Assembly (NCBI GenBank): GCA_965242705.1
Contig: OZ251486.1
Location: forward strand, 202,736 to 266,735
Source of the DNA: Bryobacterales bacterium
Lineage (GTDB): Bacteria; Acidobacteriota; Terriglobia; Bryobacterales; UBA6623
Direction: 5' to 3'
DNA: 64,000 nt
The position numbers and the translations under genes are program-made. Within the stretch, counting starts at the first letter, position 1, and each line of letters begins with the position of its first letter. Positions 40,560-52,900 of this stretch are shown here, one piece after another. The notes under the pieces were generated by a model. That model did no database searches. It was not told where the DNA came from and was given only the letters and a program-made list of their open reading frames with translations.

Positions 40560-40989
40560 GCTGATGGCGATTGCGATGCCGTCCGCCGCTGCAGCGCTTC
40601 AATGGGGCCGGGGTCTTTCGACCCCGGAAATGCGCCTGCCGCTGTCGCAACGGCTGCCGGTTCCGCCGCTTCAATGGGGCCGGGGTCTTTCGACCCCGGA
40701 AATATGATCTCGATGCTGTTGCTGATCTCCGCCAGCGAGCTTCAATGGGGCCGGGGTCTTTCGACCCCGGAAATGCTGATGGCGATTGCGATGCCGTCCG
40801 CCGCTGCAGCGCTTCAATGGGGCCGGGGTCTTTCGACCCCGGAAATGCGCCTGCCGCTGTCGCAACGGCTGCCGGTTCCGCCGCTTCAATGGGGCCGGGG
40901 TCTTTCGACCCCGGAAATATGATCTCGATGCTGTTGCTGATCTCCGCCAGCGAGCTTCAATGGGGCCGGGGTCTTTCGACCCCGGAAAT
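40560..40989 (-). repeat. tandem duplication of a three-unit (215-bp) spacer-repeat block inside the array
   Basis: The spacers GCTGATGGCGATTGCGATGCCGTCCGCCGCTGCAGC, GCGCCTGCCGCTGTCGCAACGGCTGCCGGTTCCGCC and ATGATCTCGATGCTGTTGCTGATCTCCGCCAGCGA (40560-40774 with their repeats) recur in the same order at 40775-40989. Confidence 0.95.
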
Positions 40990-43900
40990 ACGTCACCTTC
41001 CATTCGGTCGGTTCGATAGCTTCGTTGCTTCAATGGGGCCGGGGTCTTTCGACCCCGGAAATCGGAAGATGAAGCAGACCGAGGCGCAGTTCGCCAACTG
41101 GGCTTCAATGGGGCCGGGGTCTTTCGACCCCGGAAATGTATTCGCTGGCTATTTGGTGCTGCGGGCCAAGCTGGCTTCAATGGGGCCGGGGTCTTTCGAC
41201 CCCGGAAATGCGATGCAGTCCTTGCCGACAAGCCTCCACACAATCGCTTCAATGGGGCCGGGGTCTTTCGACCCCGGAAATTACATGGGCGACAACCAAT
41301 GCGACAAGCGTGAGCATGCTTCAATGGGGCCGGGGTCTTTCGACCCCGGAAATCTGCACCGCTACGCCGATCTGGAGAAAGATGTCGTGCTTCAATGGGG
41401 CCGGGGTCTTTCGACCCCGGAAATATGCCGAGCTGAGCGCGCAGATCGGCAAGACGAATGCCGCTTCAATGGGGCCGGGGTCTTTCGACCCCGGAAATCA
41501 CGGGGAAGGCATCGCAGACACCTTCCGCACTATCGGCTTCAATGGGGCCGGGGTCTTTCGACCCCGGAAATGCGCGAAACCACGTCGACCTGACCGTACT
41601 CGTCAAGCTTCAATGGGGCCGGGGTCTTTCGACCCCGGAAATCGCCGCGCTGATGGAGATCGTTCGTCGGCAGGCGCATGCTTCAATGGGGCCGGGGTCT
41701 TTCGACCCCGGAAATAATTTCTTCGGCGAATGCCAATTCGCAAGCACGGTCGCTTCAATGGGGCCGGGGTCTTTCGACCCCGGAAATGTGTTCAAGAAGG
41801 GCGATATGTTTCGCATGGGCGGGCTTCAATGGGGCCGGGGTCTTTCGACCCCGGAAATCAGCAGCAGCAGACCCAGTCGCAGCAGCAAATGCAGGCTTCA
41901 ATGGGGCCGGGGTCTTTCGACCCCGGAAATGGGCAGCGAGACCAAGCGCGAGACCAGGCGCAAGGAACGCTTCAATGGGGCCGGGGTCTTTCGACCCCGG
42001 AAATGGCTCGCTGGTGCGCCCCAAAGTCGTCTCCGGGACGCGCTTCAATGGGGCCGGGGTCTTTCGACCCCGGAAATGGAGCGCCTGGTCGAAATTTGCA
42101 ATCGCGAAATCAGGCTTCAATGGGGCCGGGGTCTTTCGACCCCGGAAATTCGAAACCGCGCAAGTAGGGGTGGCCGGGCGTCCCGGCTTCAATGGGGCCG
42201 GGGTCTTTCGACCCCGGAAATGTGCCGGCTGCGGCGCGTGCATGTCGAGGAGATCGCCGGCGCTTCAATGGGGCCGGGGTCTTTCGACCCCGGAAATCTC
42301 CCGCGACCCGCGCGAAACCGCGCCGACCGCATCGCTTCAATGGGGCCGGGGTCTTTCGACCCCGGAAATGCAAGCTATAATCGAGCGATGGACAAGAACG
42401 AACAAGGCTTCAATGGGGCCGGGGTCTTTCGACCCCGGAAATATACGGCGGGATGTTCGCCCGCTGCGGGCTCAACTTGCTTCAATGGGGCCGGGGTCTT
42501 TCGACCCCGGAAATGGGAACGGCATAATCGACGTCACCGTCGTAACGCCTTGCTTCAATGGGGCCGGGGTCTTTCGACCCCGGAAATACGCAGGACGGAT
42601 ACGGATACGACAGGACAGCCGGCGGCTTCAATGGGGCCGGGGTCTTTCGACCCCGGAAATCCTCGCCGAACCAGTCTATCCACTTTGATGTGGCCTCGCT
42701 TCAATGGGGCCGGGGTCTTTCGACCCCGGAAATGAAGACCCATCCGCAGACCCGGCCGGGCGCGGCCAGCTTCAATGGGGCCGGGGTCTTTCGACCCCGG
42801 AAATGTGACGATATTAGTGGCAACACGGATAAGCTGTCGCTGCTTCAATGGGGCCGGGGTCTTTCGACCCCGGAAATCCGCGCGTTCGCGCCCGGCGGCT
42901 GCGGCGGTTTCGTGCTTCAATGGGGCCGGGGTCTTTCGACCCCGGAAATGCTCGGCGATGTCGTTCGGCCCGGCGGCCCAACCGCGCTTCAATGGGGCCG
43001 GGGTCTTTCGACCCCGGAAATGCGCCTCTCCACGTCCCGCGCCGCCGAAGATGCTCTGCTTCAATGGGGCCGGGGTCTTTCGACCCCGGAAATACGCGGG
43101 ACGAACGGATCACGATCCGCCTGTCCGCCGCTTCAATGGGGCCGGGGTCTTTCGACCCCGGAAATGCGGCGGATGCCGCCGCCCCACGCTCGCACCTCGT
43201 CGCTTCAATGGGGCCGGGGTCTTTCGACCCCGGAAATCTTCGCCGCCGACCTCACCGCCGGGCAATGCTCGGCGGGCTTCAATGGGGCCGGGGTCTTTCG
43301 ACCCCGGAAATATCGAGCGGCAGGCCGGTGAGCATGACCGGCGTGCGGCTTCAATGGGGCCGGGGTCTTTCGACCCCGGAAATCCGACGTTTTGTTTGGT
43401 CTCCGCATAACGTCCATTGTGCTTCAATGGGGCCGGGGTCTTTCGACCCCGGAAATTACCATGAGATTGCCCGACAGTGGCAGCGATTGTCCGCTTCAAT
43501 GGGGCCGGGGTCTTTCGACCCCGGAAATGCATCAACGACGCGGTCGAGTTCTTGCGACCGCCGGGCTTCAATGGGGCCGGGGTCTTTCGACCCCGGAAAT
43601 AAGGACATTGGAGGTGTCCCTATGCCTGACTCTACGCTTCAATGGGGCCGGGGTCTTTCGACCCCGGAAATCATCTTGATTTCCTTTCCATTGCCGGCGG
43701 CAATGTCGCTTCAATGGGGCCGGGGTCTTTCGACCCCGGAAATCTGGATGTCGGTCGCGTCGAGCGGGTGCGGGAGAAGCGCTTCAATGGGGCCGGGGTC
43801 TTTCGACCCCGGAAATACGCCGCCTATGACCAAGCGTCCGCCGAAGAGACCGTGCTTCAATGGGGCCGGGGTCTTTCGACCCCGGAAATCCGAAAGGACC

Positions 43901-46900
43901 CGACCGACCAATGCCCCGACACATCGCTTCAATGGGGCCGGGGTCTTTCGACCCCGGAAATTGCGGTAGAAGCCTGCCGGATCGGGTTTCCAATCGCCGC
44001 TTCAATGGGGCCGGGGTCTTTCGACCCCGGAAATGGTAAGACGCTGTACGTGGCGCATCGGGATGGCGCGGCTTCAATGGGGCCGGGGTCTTTCGACCCC
44101 GGAAATAACGCCTCCGCGACTGAAAGGAGAAAGACCAATGACGCTTCAATGGGGCCGGGGTCTTTCGACCCCGGAAATGGCAAGGTCATGTGCCCCGAAT
44201 GCCGAGCATATGACGCTTCAATGGGGCCGGGGTCTTTCGACCCCGGAAATGCGCTTGTTACCACCGGCCTCTCAGCCGACTCTTATGGCTTCAATGGGGC
44301 CGGGGTCTTTCGACCCCGGAAATCGATTTGCCGCCCCAGACGTGCTGCCCGCTGACGTTGCTTCAATGGGGCCGGGGTCTTTCGACCCCGGAAATGCCGA
44401 CGAATGACACGGTCTATACCGCAGTGGCCGAGCTTCAATGGGGCCGGGGTCTTTCGACCCCGGAAATCTGCGGCCCGTTCCAGTACGGAAGGTCACACAA
44501 CTCGCTTCAATGGGGCCGGGGTCTTTCGACCCCGGAAATCTGCGATTGGCCAGCCAAAAAGACAAGAACTCCGGCGCTTCAATGGGGCCGGGGTCTTTCG
44601 ACCCCGGAAATGGGATGCCTGCTTCTTCGGCGGCGGGGTTGAATTCCGGGCTTCAATGGGGCCGGGGTCTTTCGACCCCGGAAATACCCCCCAAACCCCC
44701 GCATGGCCGCCGCCCGCCGCGCTTCAATGGGGCCGGGGTCTTTCGACCCCGGAAATCCGGCAGCTTCCCGCTCATCGAACGCAGCGAAGACCTGCTTCAA
44801 TGGGGCCGGGGTCTTTCGACCCCGGAAATCGGTGACGAATGATGCCAATCGGAAGCAGGCGTTATCGCTTCAATGGGGCCGGGGTCTTTCGACCCCGGAA
44901 ATATGCTCCGCGCCGTGGAGTCCCAGATCGAAAAGGAGAGCTTCAATGGGGCCGGGGTCTTTCGACCCCGGAAATCTCCCAGTCCGCCGAGCGCACGGGT
45001 TACCCGACGCAGCTTCAATGGGGCCGGGGTCTTTCGACCCCGGAAATGTGGACTCTCCCCACCCCAACGCCGGAGCCGGAGCCGCTTCAATGGGGCCGGG
45101 GTCTTTCGACCCCGGAAATGGGCGTTATCCGCCCCATGACGGCGGCGGCCTTGTCGCTTCAATGGGGCCGGGGTCTTTCGACCCCGGAAATCCCCAAGTG
45201 CTTGGCGGACTCAAAATCAATGAAGCCGCTTCAATGGGGCCGGGGTCTTTCGACCCCGGAAATGCGGAAGGCTGAGGGGTATTGCGTAACCTGTCCTCGC
45301 TTCAATGGGGCCGGGGTCTTTCGACCCCGGAAATGCCGAAACTCACCCGCTGATTTCCGAGATCGAGTAGCTTCAATGGGGCCGGGGTCTTTCGACCCCG
45401 GAAATCTGATCGAACCGGATGATCCAGTGCATCAGGTCATGCGGCTTCAATGGGGCCGGGGTCTTTCGACCCCGGAAATGCCCGGCGAAATCTGGATCAA
45501 CACCAGGCAAGTGACGGCTTCAATGGGGCCGGGGTCTTTCGACCCCGGAAATCTTCCCCGTTCCCAGCGCCTGAAAAAACTTGCGTTGCTTCAATGGGGC
45601 CGGGGTCTTTCGACCCCGGAAATTTCCACCGGCAAAACGACCCTGGCCATGACCGCCAGCTTCAATGGGGCCGGGGTCTTTCGACCCCGGAAATACGCGC
45701 CGCTCAACCGACACACGACGGCGGCGACCGCTTCAATGGGGCCGGGGTCTTTCGACCCCGGAAATGCCCATATCGCGCAAGCCGATAGCGTCCGGGCCGC
45801 TGCTTCAATGGGGCCGGGGTCTTTCGACCCCGGAAATGCCGCAGAAGCCCGGCTGCTCGCGCCAGACAAAGACGCTTCAATGGGGCCGGGGTCTTTCGAC
45901 CCCGGAAATCAATTCCACACCGAGCGGCGTCGCCATAACTGCGCTGCTTCAATGGGGCCGGGGTCTTTCGACCCCGGAAATCGCCACTCGCGCCTTCGCG
46001 TACAGCGCCGACAGCGGGCTTCAATGGGGCCGGGGTCTTTCGACCCCGGAAATAGAATGTTTGAAGGTCGATGCCGCTCCGCTCGTCATGCTTCAATGGG
46101 GCCGGGGTCTTTCGACCCCGGAAATCCAAAATGAAGCTGACACTGCAACGGCTGCGCGAAGGCTTCAATGGGGCCGGGGTCTTTCGACCCCGGAAATCCG
46201 ACCACAATCAAACGCATCCTCGCCGCGCACGGGCTTCAATGGGGCCGGGGTCTTTCGACCCCGGAAATTCGCGGCCCGATAACCGGCGCATTGATGGTCA
46301 GCGTGCTTCAATGGGGCCGGGGTCTTTCGACCCCGGAAATGCGCTCTGAATCCGCTCAGGTCAATCGGCCTTGACTCGCTTCAATGGGGCCGGGGTCTTT
46401 CGACCCCGGAAATACCGGCGAATGGTAAGCCTGCGCAAGGATACCGAGCGCTTCAATGGGGCCGGGGTCTTTCGACCCCGGAAATTCGAAACCGCCAAGA
46501 AGCACAGCCCCGATTGGGCGCTTCAATGGGGCCGGGGTCTTTCGACCCCGGAAATGCGGCAGGGGTGCTCGGCGAGCGTGTACTCGCCGGGGCTTCAATG
46601 GGGCCGGGGTCTTTCGACCCCGGAAATCCGCTACGCGGTTGATCGCGCCGCGGACGCACTAGAGGCTTCAATGGGGCCGGGGTCTTTCGACCCCGGAAAT
46701 CTCAATGCCCTGGAGGCCGCCCGCATTCAAGGCTTCGCTTCAATGGGGCCGGGGTCTTTCGACCCCGGAAATAACCAACTACACGCAGCACACAGCCAAG
46801 GGACAATTGCTTCAATGGGGCCGGGGTCTTTCGACCCCGGAAATAAGGGGCACGTGTTTACCGCCGCCGGCCAAAGCACGCTTCAATGGGGCCGGGGTCT

Positions 46901-49900
46901 TTCGACCCCGGAAATCTACAAGCTGCGTTGCGTGTTCGGCGCGCAGGTGATGCTTCAATGGGGCCGGGGTCTTTCGACCCCGGAAATCCAAGTGGGAAGC
47001 GCTGGTCGCGCGCACGCTGCAAAGCTTCAATGGGGCCGGGGTCTTTCGACCCCGGAAATCTCGTTGGCCGCCCGGTTGCCGATTACCCAAGCGTGCCGCT
47101 TCAATGGGGCCGGGGTCTTTCGACCCCGGAAATTTGCAGCGCGCGGCGGAACCGGCAGCCGTTGCGACGCGCTTCAATGGGGCCGGGGTCTTTCGACCCC
47201 GGAAATTGGCCGTAAGTCGCTGAAAACGCGGCACTTACAAAAGCTTCAATGGGGCCGGGGTCTTTCGACCCCGGAAATCCCGACGCCGATGCCGACCCGC
47301 GCCGAAACCGCAATGCTTCAATGGGGCCGGGGTCTTTCGACCCCGGAAATGCGCCCGCCGTCGTGCGCATGGCGGCCGCCCGGCGGCTTCAATGGGGCCG
47401 GGGTCTTTCGACCCCGGAAATAAACGGATTTGAAGAAGTTTCGCGCTCGGATAACAGCTTCAATGGGGCCGGGGTCTTTCGACCCCGGAAATGTCAAGGA
47501 ATGCGAATGGACGATCACGCTCGAACCCGCTTCAATGGGGCCGGGGTCTTTCGACCCCGGAAATGCAGGAGATCGCTGGTTCGATTCCAGCCGCCCAGAC
47601 GCTTCAATGGGGCCGGGGTCTTTCGACCCCGGAAATCTGACTCACCCGCGCGATCTGCCGACGAAAGCCTTGCGCTTCAATGGGGCCGGGGTCTTTCGAC
47701 CCCGGAAATCGGCAAGCAAACCAGCCCGGGATAAACAAACATAACGCTTCAATGGGGCCGGGGTCTTTCGACCCCGGAAATGCCTCGAACGCCGAGACCC
47801 TGCCTGAAAAAACTTGCAGCTTCAATGGGGCCGGGGTCTTTCGACCCCGGAAATGGCGCGGCGGCCTTCGGCGACGGTGACGAAAGAGGCGCTTCAATGG
47901 GGCCGGGGTCTTTCGACCCCGGAAATGCGATCTGTACGAAGCAGGCGTTGCTGGACATTTGGCTTCAATGGGGCCGGGGTCTTTCGACCCCGGAAATGCC
48001 TGCCGGCGCAAGCGGCAACGAGAGCTTGATCGGCTTCAATGGGGCCGGGGTCTTTCGACCCCGGAAATTCGCTACTACATCGCTCGACTTGTAAGCCGGC
48101 TTGTGCTTCAATGGGGCCGGGGTCTTTCGACCCCGGAAATGGGTCTTGCGCGCGGGAAGCAATTCGCCGCTCCGCTCCGCTTCAATGGGGCCGGGGTCTT
48201 TCGACCCCGGAAATGATCTCGAACCGCACGATCCAGCGGCGCAACGTGGGGCTTCAATGGGGCCGGGGTCTTTCGACCCCGGAAATGCAGCGGAACGCAT
48301 CTGATTGGATGGCGGCAGAGGAGCTTCAATGGGGCCGGGGTCTTTCGACCCCGGAAATCGCCTTACGCCGAACCGTTGGCCAAGCAGCCCAACGGCTTCA
48401 ATGGGGCCGGGGTCTTTCGACCCCGGAAATGTCTCGGATGTCGAAGAATCCGGCTTGCCCCATGTTGCTTCAATGGGGCCGGGGTCTTTCGACCCCGGAA
48501 ATCTCCGCTTCGGCTGAAGATGGAAGCTGTCAGCCGGCGCTTCAATGGGGCCGGGGTCTTTCGACCCCGGAAATCGACCGCATGAAGAGGTCGCGCGACG
48601 GGTGGCAGCGGCTTCAATGGGGCCGGGGTCTTTCGACCCCGGAAATATCGGAGTTGCCGCCATTCGCCTGTCCGCCCGTCCAGCTTCAATGGGGCCGGGG
48701 TCTTTCGACCCCGGAAATAAGAGCAGACCTTCACCATGCCGGATGTCGAGGATCAGCTTCAATGGGGCCGGGGTCTTTCGACCCCGGAAATGAGCATCTG
48801 CAGGACGGGATGACATGACGCCTCAGGCTTCAATGGGGCCGGGGTCTTTCGACCCCGGAAATTCTGCAGCAGCTTTCCAACAACATCCGCGCCGGGAACG
48901 CTTCAATGGGGCCGGGGTCTTTCGACCCCGGAAATAAGCGGCGCCCGCATGCCCTCAGGCGCCGCTTCCGACGCTTCAATGGGGCCGGGGTCTTTCGACC
49001 CCGGAAATACGAATGGCCGCCACGAGAACGCAACTCGACCAACTGCTTCAATGGGGCCGGGGTCTTTCGACCCCGGAAATGTGATCGACGAGATACCGGT
49101 AATCCCGCTGGCGGTCGCTTCAATGGGGCCGGGGTCTTTCGACCCCGGAAATCCGGCGTCTTGCAGCGCCGTCAACCCATGCGTGTACACGCTTCAATGG
49201 GGCCGGGGTCTTTCGACCCCGGAAATGCGATATGGTCGGCGCTGTCGGAAACGGCGAACAAGCTTCAATGGGGCCGGGGTCTTTCGACCCCGGAAATCTA
49301 CCGCCGCAAGACCGGCAAGTGGTTTGTCGTCCTGGCTTCAATGGGGCCGGGGTCTTTCGACCCCGGAAATGCCGGCTATAGCGTGGTCGTCGAGCCGGTC
49401 GAGGTGCTTCAATGGGGCCGGGGTCTTTCGACCCCGGAAATTTGCGCGCCTGCCGTCAACGTACCAATGGCAGTCCCGCGCTTCAATGGGGCCGGGGTCT
49501 TTCGACCCCGGAAATGCGATGTCCACGTCGATCTCGCGCGTCAACTCCTCGCTTCAATGGGGCCGGGGTCTTTCGACCCCGGAAATAAACCGCTCGCGCA
49601 GCCACATCTCGGCGATCAGGTCGCTTCAATGGGGCCGGGGTCTTTCGACCCCGGAAATGCGGTCGGAACCTGATCGTGCGCCAGCAGCGGCCCCTCGCTT
49701 CAATGGGGCCGGGGTCTTTCGACCCCGGAAATCACGAGCGCCAACTCCGCCGCACAATCGCCCTGTGGCTTCAATGGGGCCGGGGTCTTTCGACCCCGGA
49801 AATGCCTCATGGCGCTGATCGTCGATGGCGATGACCCAATGCTTCAATGGGGCCGGGGTCTTTCGACCCCGGAAATGTCGATATCCCAATAGGAATCCCC

Positions 49901-52900
49901 TCCACAGTGGCCGCTTCAATGGGGCCGGGGTCTTTCGACCCCGGAAATCTGCTTCTCGATCTTCACCGGCTCCGAGGCGAGAGCGCTTCAATGGGGCCGG
50001 GGTCTTTCGACCCCGGAAATTCCTCGATGTGGTCTTGCTGCTCGGAGCGACCGCCGCTTCAATGGGGCCGGGGTCTTTCGACCCCGGAAATCAGAAGCAA
50101 ACGTCACGCCCGTTAGCAGTGCGCCGCGCTTCAATGGGGCCGGGGTCTTTCGACCCCGGAAATGCGCATCAACGAAACCGCCACGGCCGTCGACCGCGAC
50201 GCTTCAATGGGGCCGGGGTCTTTCGACCCCGGAAATTCTCCAGTGAGGGTCAGCTTGATCCGATCAAGCTGCTGCTTCAATGGGGCCGGGGTCTTTCGAC
50301 CCCGGAAATATCAGTATCGACGCCAATGACCTGGAGCGCCTGCGCGCTTCAATGGGGCCGGGGTCTTTCGACCCCGGAAATCTATGAGCTTCGCAGTTCG
50401 ACGCCCGATGCCGATGGGCTTCAATGGGGCCGGGGTCTTTCGACCCCGGAAATGGGCAACGAATCCGCCTGTGCGGGCAAGCGTCAACGGCTTCAATGGG
50501 GCCGGGGTCTTTCGACCCCGGAAATGGAATCCGTAAGCTCTGCGCCGCCCAGCGCCACATGGCTTCAATGGGGCCGGGGTCTTTCGACCCCGGAAATGCG
50601 CCGGGCGCGGTTCTGCTGAACGGCGCGCATGCGGCTTCAATGGGGCCGGGGTCTTTCGACCCCGGAAATCGGTAGTGCCGTCAAGCTCCATTTCGATGAC
50701 CAAGCTGCTTCAATGGGGCCGGGGTCTTTCGACCCCGGAAATCCGGCTGCGCCCGAACCGCCAACCCAGCCCAATCAGGCTTCAATGGGGCCGGGGTCTT
50801 TCGACCCCGGAAATTTCCAAGCCGCCAAAGAATGGGCCTTCGCCAACGACGCTTCAATGGGGCCGGGGTCTTTCGACCCCGGAAATGAATCGGTATTCGA
50901 ATGCTTCGGCGTCCGGCTCCAGCTTCAATGGGGCCGGGGTCTTTCGACCCCGGAAATATCCTCGTCGCCGGCCGCACGAAGCGAACCCTCTCCGCTTCAA
51001 TGGGGCCGGGGTCTTTCGACCCCGGAAATGCCGACCTCCTCGAACACGGCGTTCTGCGTATCCCAGCTTCAATGGGGCCGGGGTCTTTCGACCCCGGAAA
51101 TAGGATCGCTTGCCGCGCAACGAGGCCGGGCAAATCGACTAGCTTCAATGGGGCCGGGGTCTTTCGACCCCGGAAATTTCGGCCTCGCCGAATACGCGCT
51201 GGTTGATATCACGGCTTCAATGGGGCCGGGGTCTTTCGACCCCGGAAATCTCGCTGACAGTCGTCGGCAAGGGCAACCGCCAGCGGCTTCAATGGGGCCG
51301 GGGTCTTTCGACCCCGGAAATGAGCGCCGCGCGCGCCTGCCTGCGCATCGACGAAGCGCTTCAATGGGGCCGGGGTCTTTCGACCCCGGAAATGCCGGGT
51401 TCCGACTTCGCTCTCGCCTCGGAGCCGGTGCTTCAATGGGGCCGGGGTCTTTCGACCCCGGAAATAGCCACTCGCAAATGCCTCCGAAACCCGAAGAGCG
51501 GCTTCAATGGGGCCGGGGTCTTTCGACCCCGGAAATCTGATATCATGCAAGACACCAACGCCCGCCGCCTGGCTTCAATGGGGCCGGGGTCTTTCGACCC
51601 CGGAAATTCGGCTAACGGTGTTAGTAGCGTGACGGTATTACCACGCTTCAATGGGGCCGGGGTCTTTCGACCCCGGAAATCCGGTTCCAACCACAACCCT
51701 ATGGGGAACAGAGATAGTGCTTCAATGGGGCCGGGGTCTTTCGACCCCGGAAATCGACCTGCTCGCCGCCTTGATAGCGAGCGAAAACCCGCTTCAATGG
51801 GGCCGGGGTCTTTCGACCCCGGAAATTGGCCGCCGAAACGGCCGAGATCAAGCATCTACTCGCTTCAATGGGGCCGGGGTCTTTCGACCCCGGAAATGCC
51901 GAAAGAGACGCCCTCGAGGCCGAAGCCGAGGCGGCTTCAATGGGGCCGGGGTCTTTCGACCCCGGAAATATGCGCAACGCATACGGGCCGCGCGCCACTA
52001 CGACCCCGCTTCAATGGGGCCGGGGTCTTTCGACCCCGGAAATAGTGATGGGCTTTGCCGGGCGCATTACGGCGCCGGCGCTTCAATGGGGCCGGGGTCT
52101 TTCGACCCCGGAAATTGGTTGTTGAAGTGGAATTCCGCGAGACGGCTTTCGAGCTTCAATGGGGCCGGGGTCTTTCGACCCCGGAAATAGCCGAATTCCG
52201 AAAAAAAGTGCGAATTCGCAAAAAGCTTCAATGGGGCCGGGGTCTTTCGACCCCGGAAATACGCCGGGGCGGACGCCAGCTACCGCATCGTCCCCACGCT
52301 TCAATGGGGCCGGGGTCTTTCGACCCCGGAAATACCGGAACCCCCAGCGACCGCGCAGGCGCTCCAGCGGGCTTCAATGGGGCCGGGGTCTTTCGACCCC
52401 GGAAATATCGAGTCATCCGCTTCGACGGCATAACGCCGCTGACGCTTCAATGGGGCCGGGGTCTTTCGACCCCGGAAATCCGGACTCACGATGCAAGACC
52501 GCCGCCGCATTTTGGGCTTCAATGGGGCCGGGGTCTTTCGACCCCGGAAATTCGCCGCCGTCCTTGTATCCTTGCCCGCGAAAACTGCTTCAATGGGGCC
52601 GGGGTCTTTCGACCCCGGAAATACGGCCAAGATCACGCTCTACAAGAGCGAATGGGCCGCTTCAATGGGGCCGGGGTCTTTCGACCCCGGAAATACGGGC
52701 AACCCCGCGCCCGCACTGGCCGCCCGCTTGGGCTTCAATGGGGCCGGGGTCTTTCGACCCCGGAAATTAGTGACATCCATTGCTCTTCGAGGCGGAAGAG
52801 ACAGCTTCAATGGGGCCGGGGTCTTTCGACCCCGGAAATAGCCAGCGGTCATGTCCATCGCGGGTCTGGTGGTAGTAGCTTCAATGGGGCCGGGGTCTTT

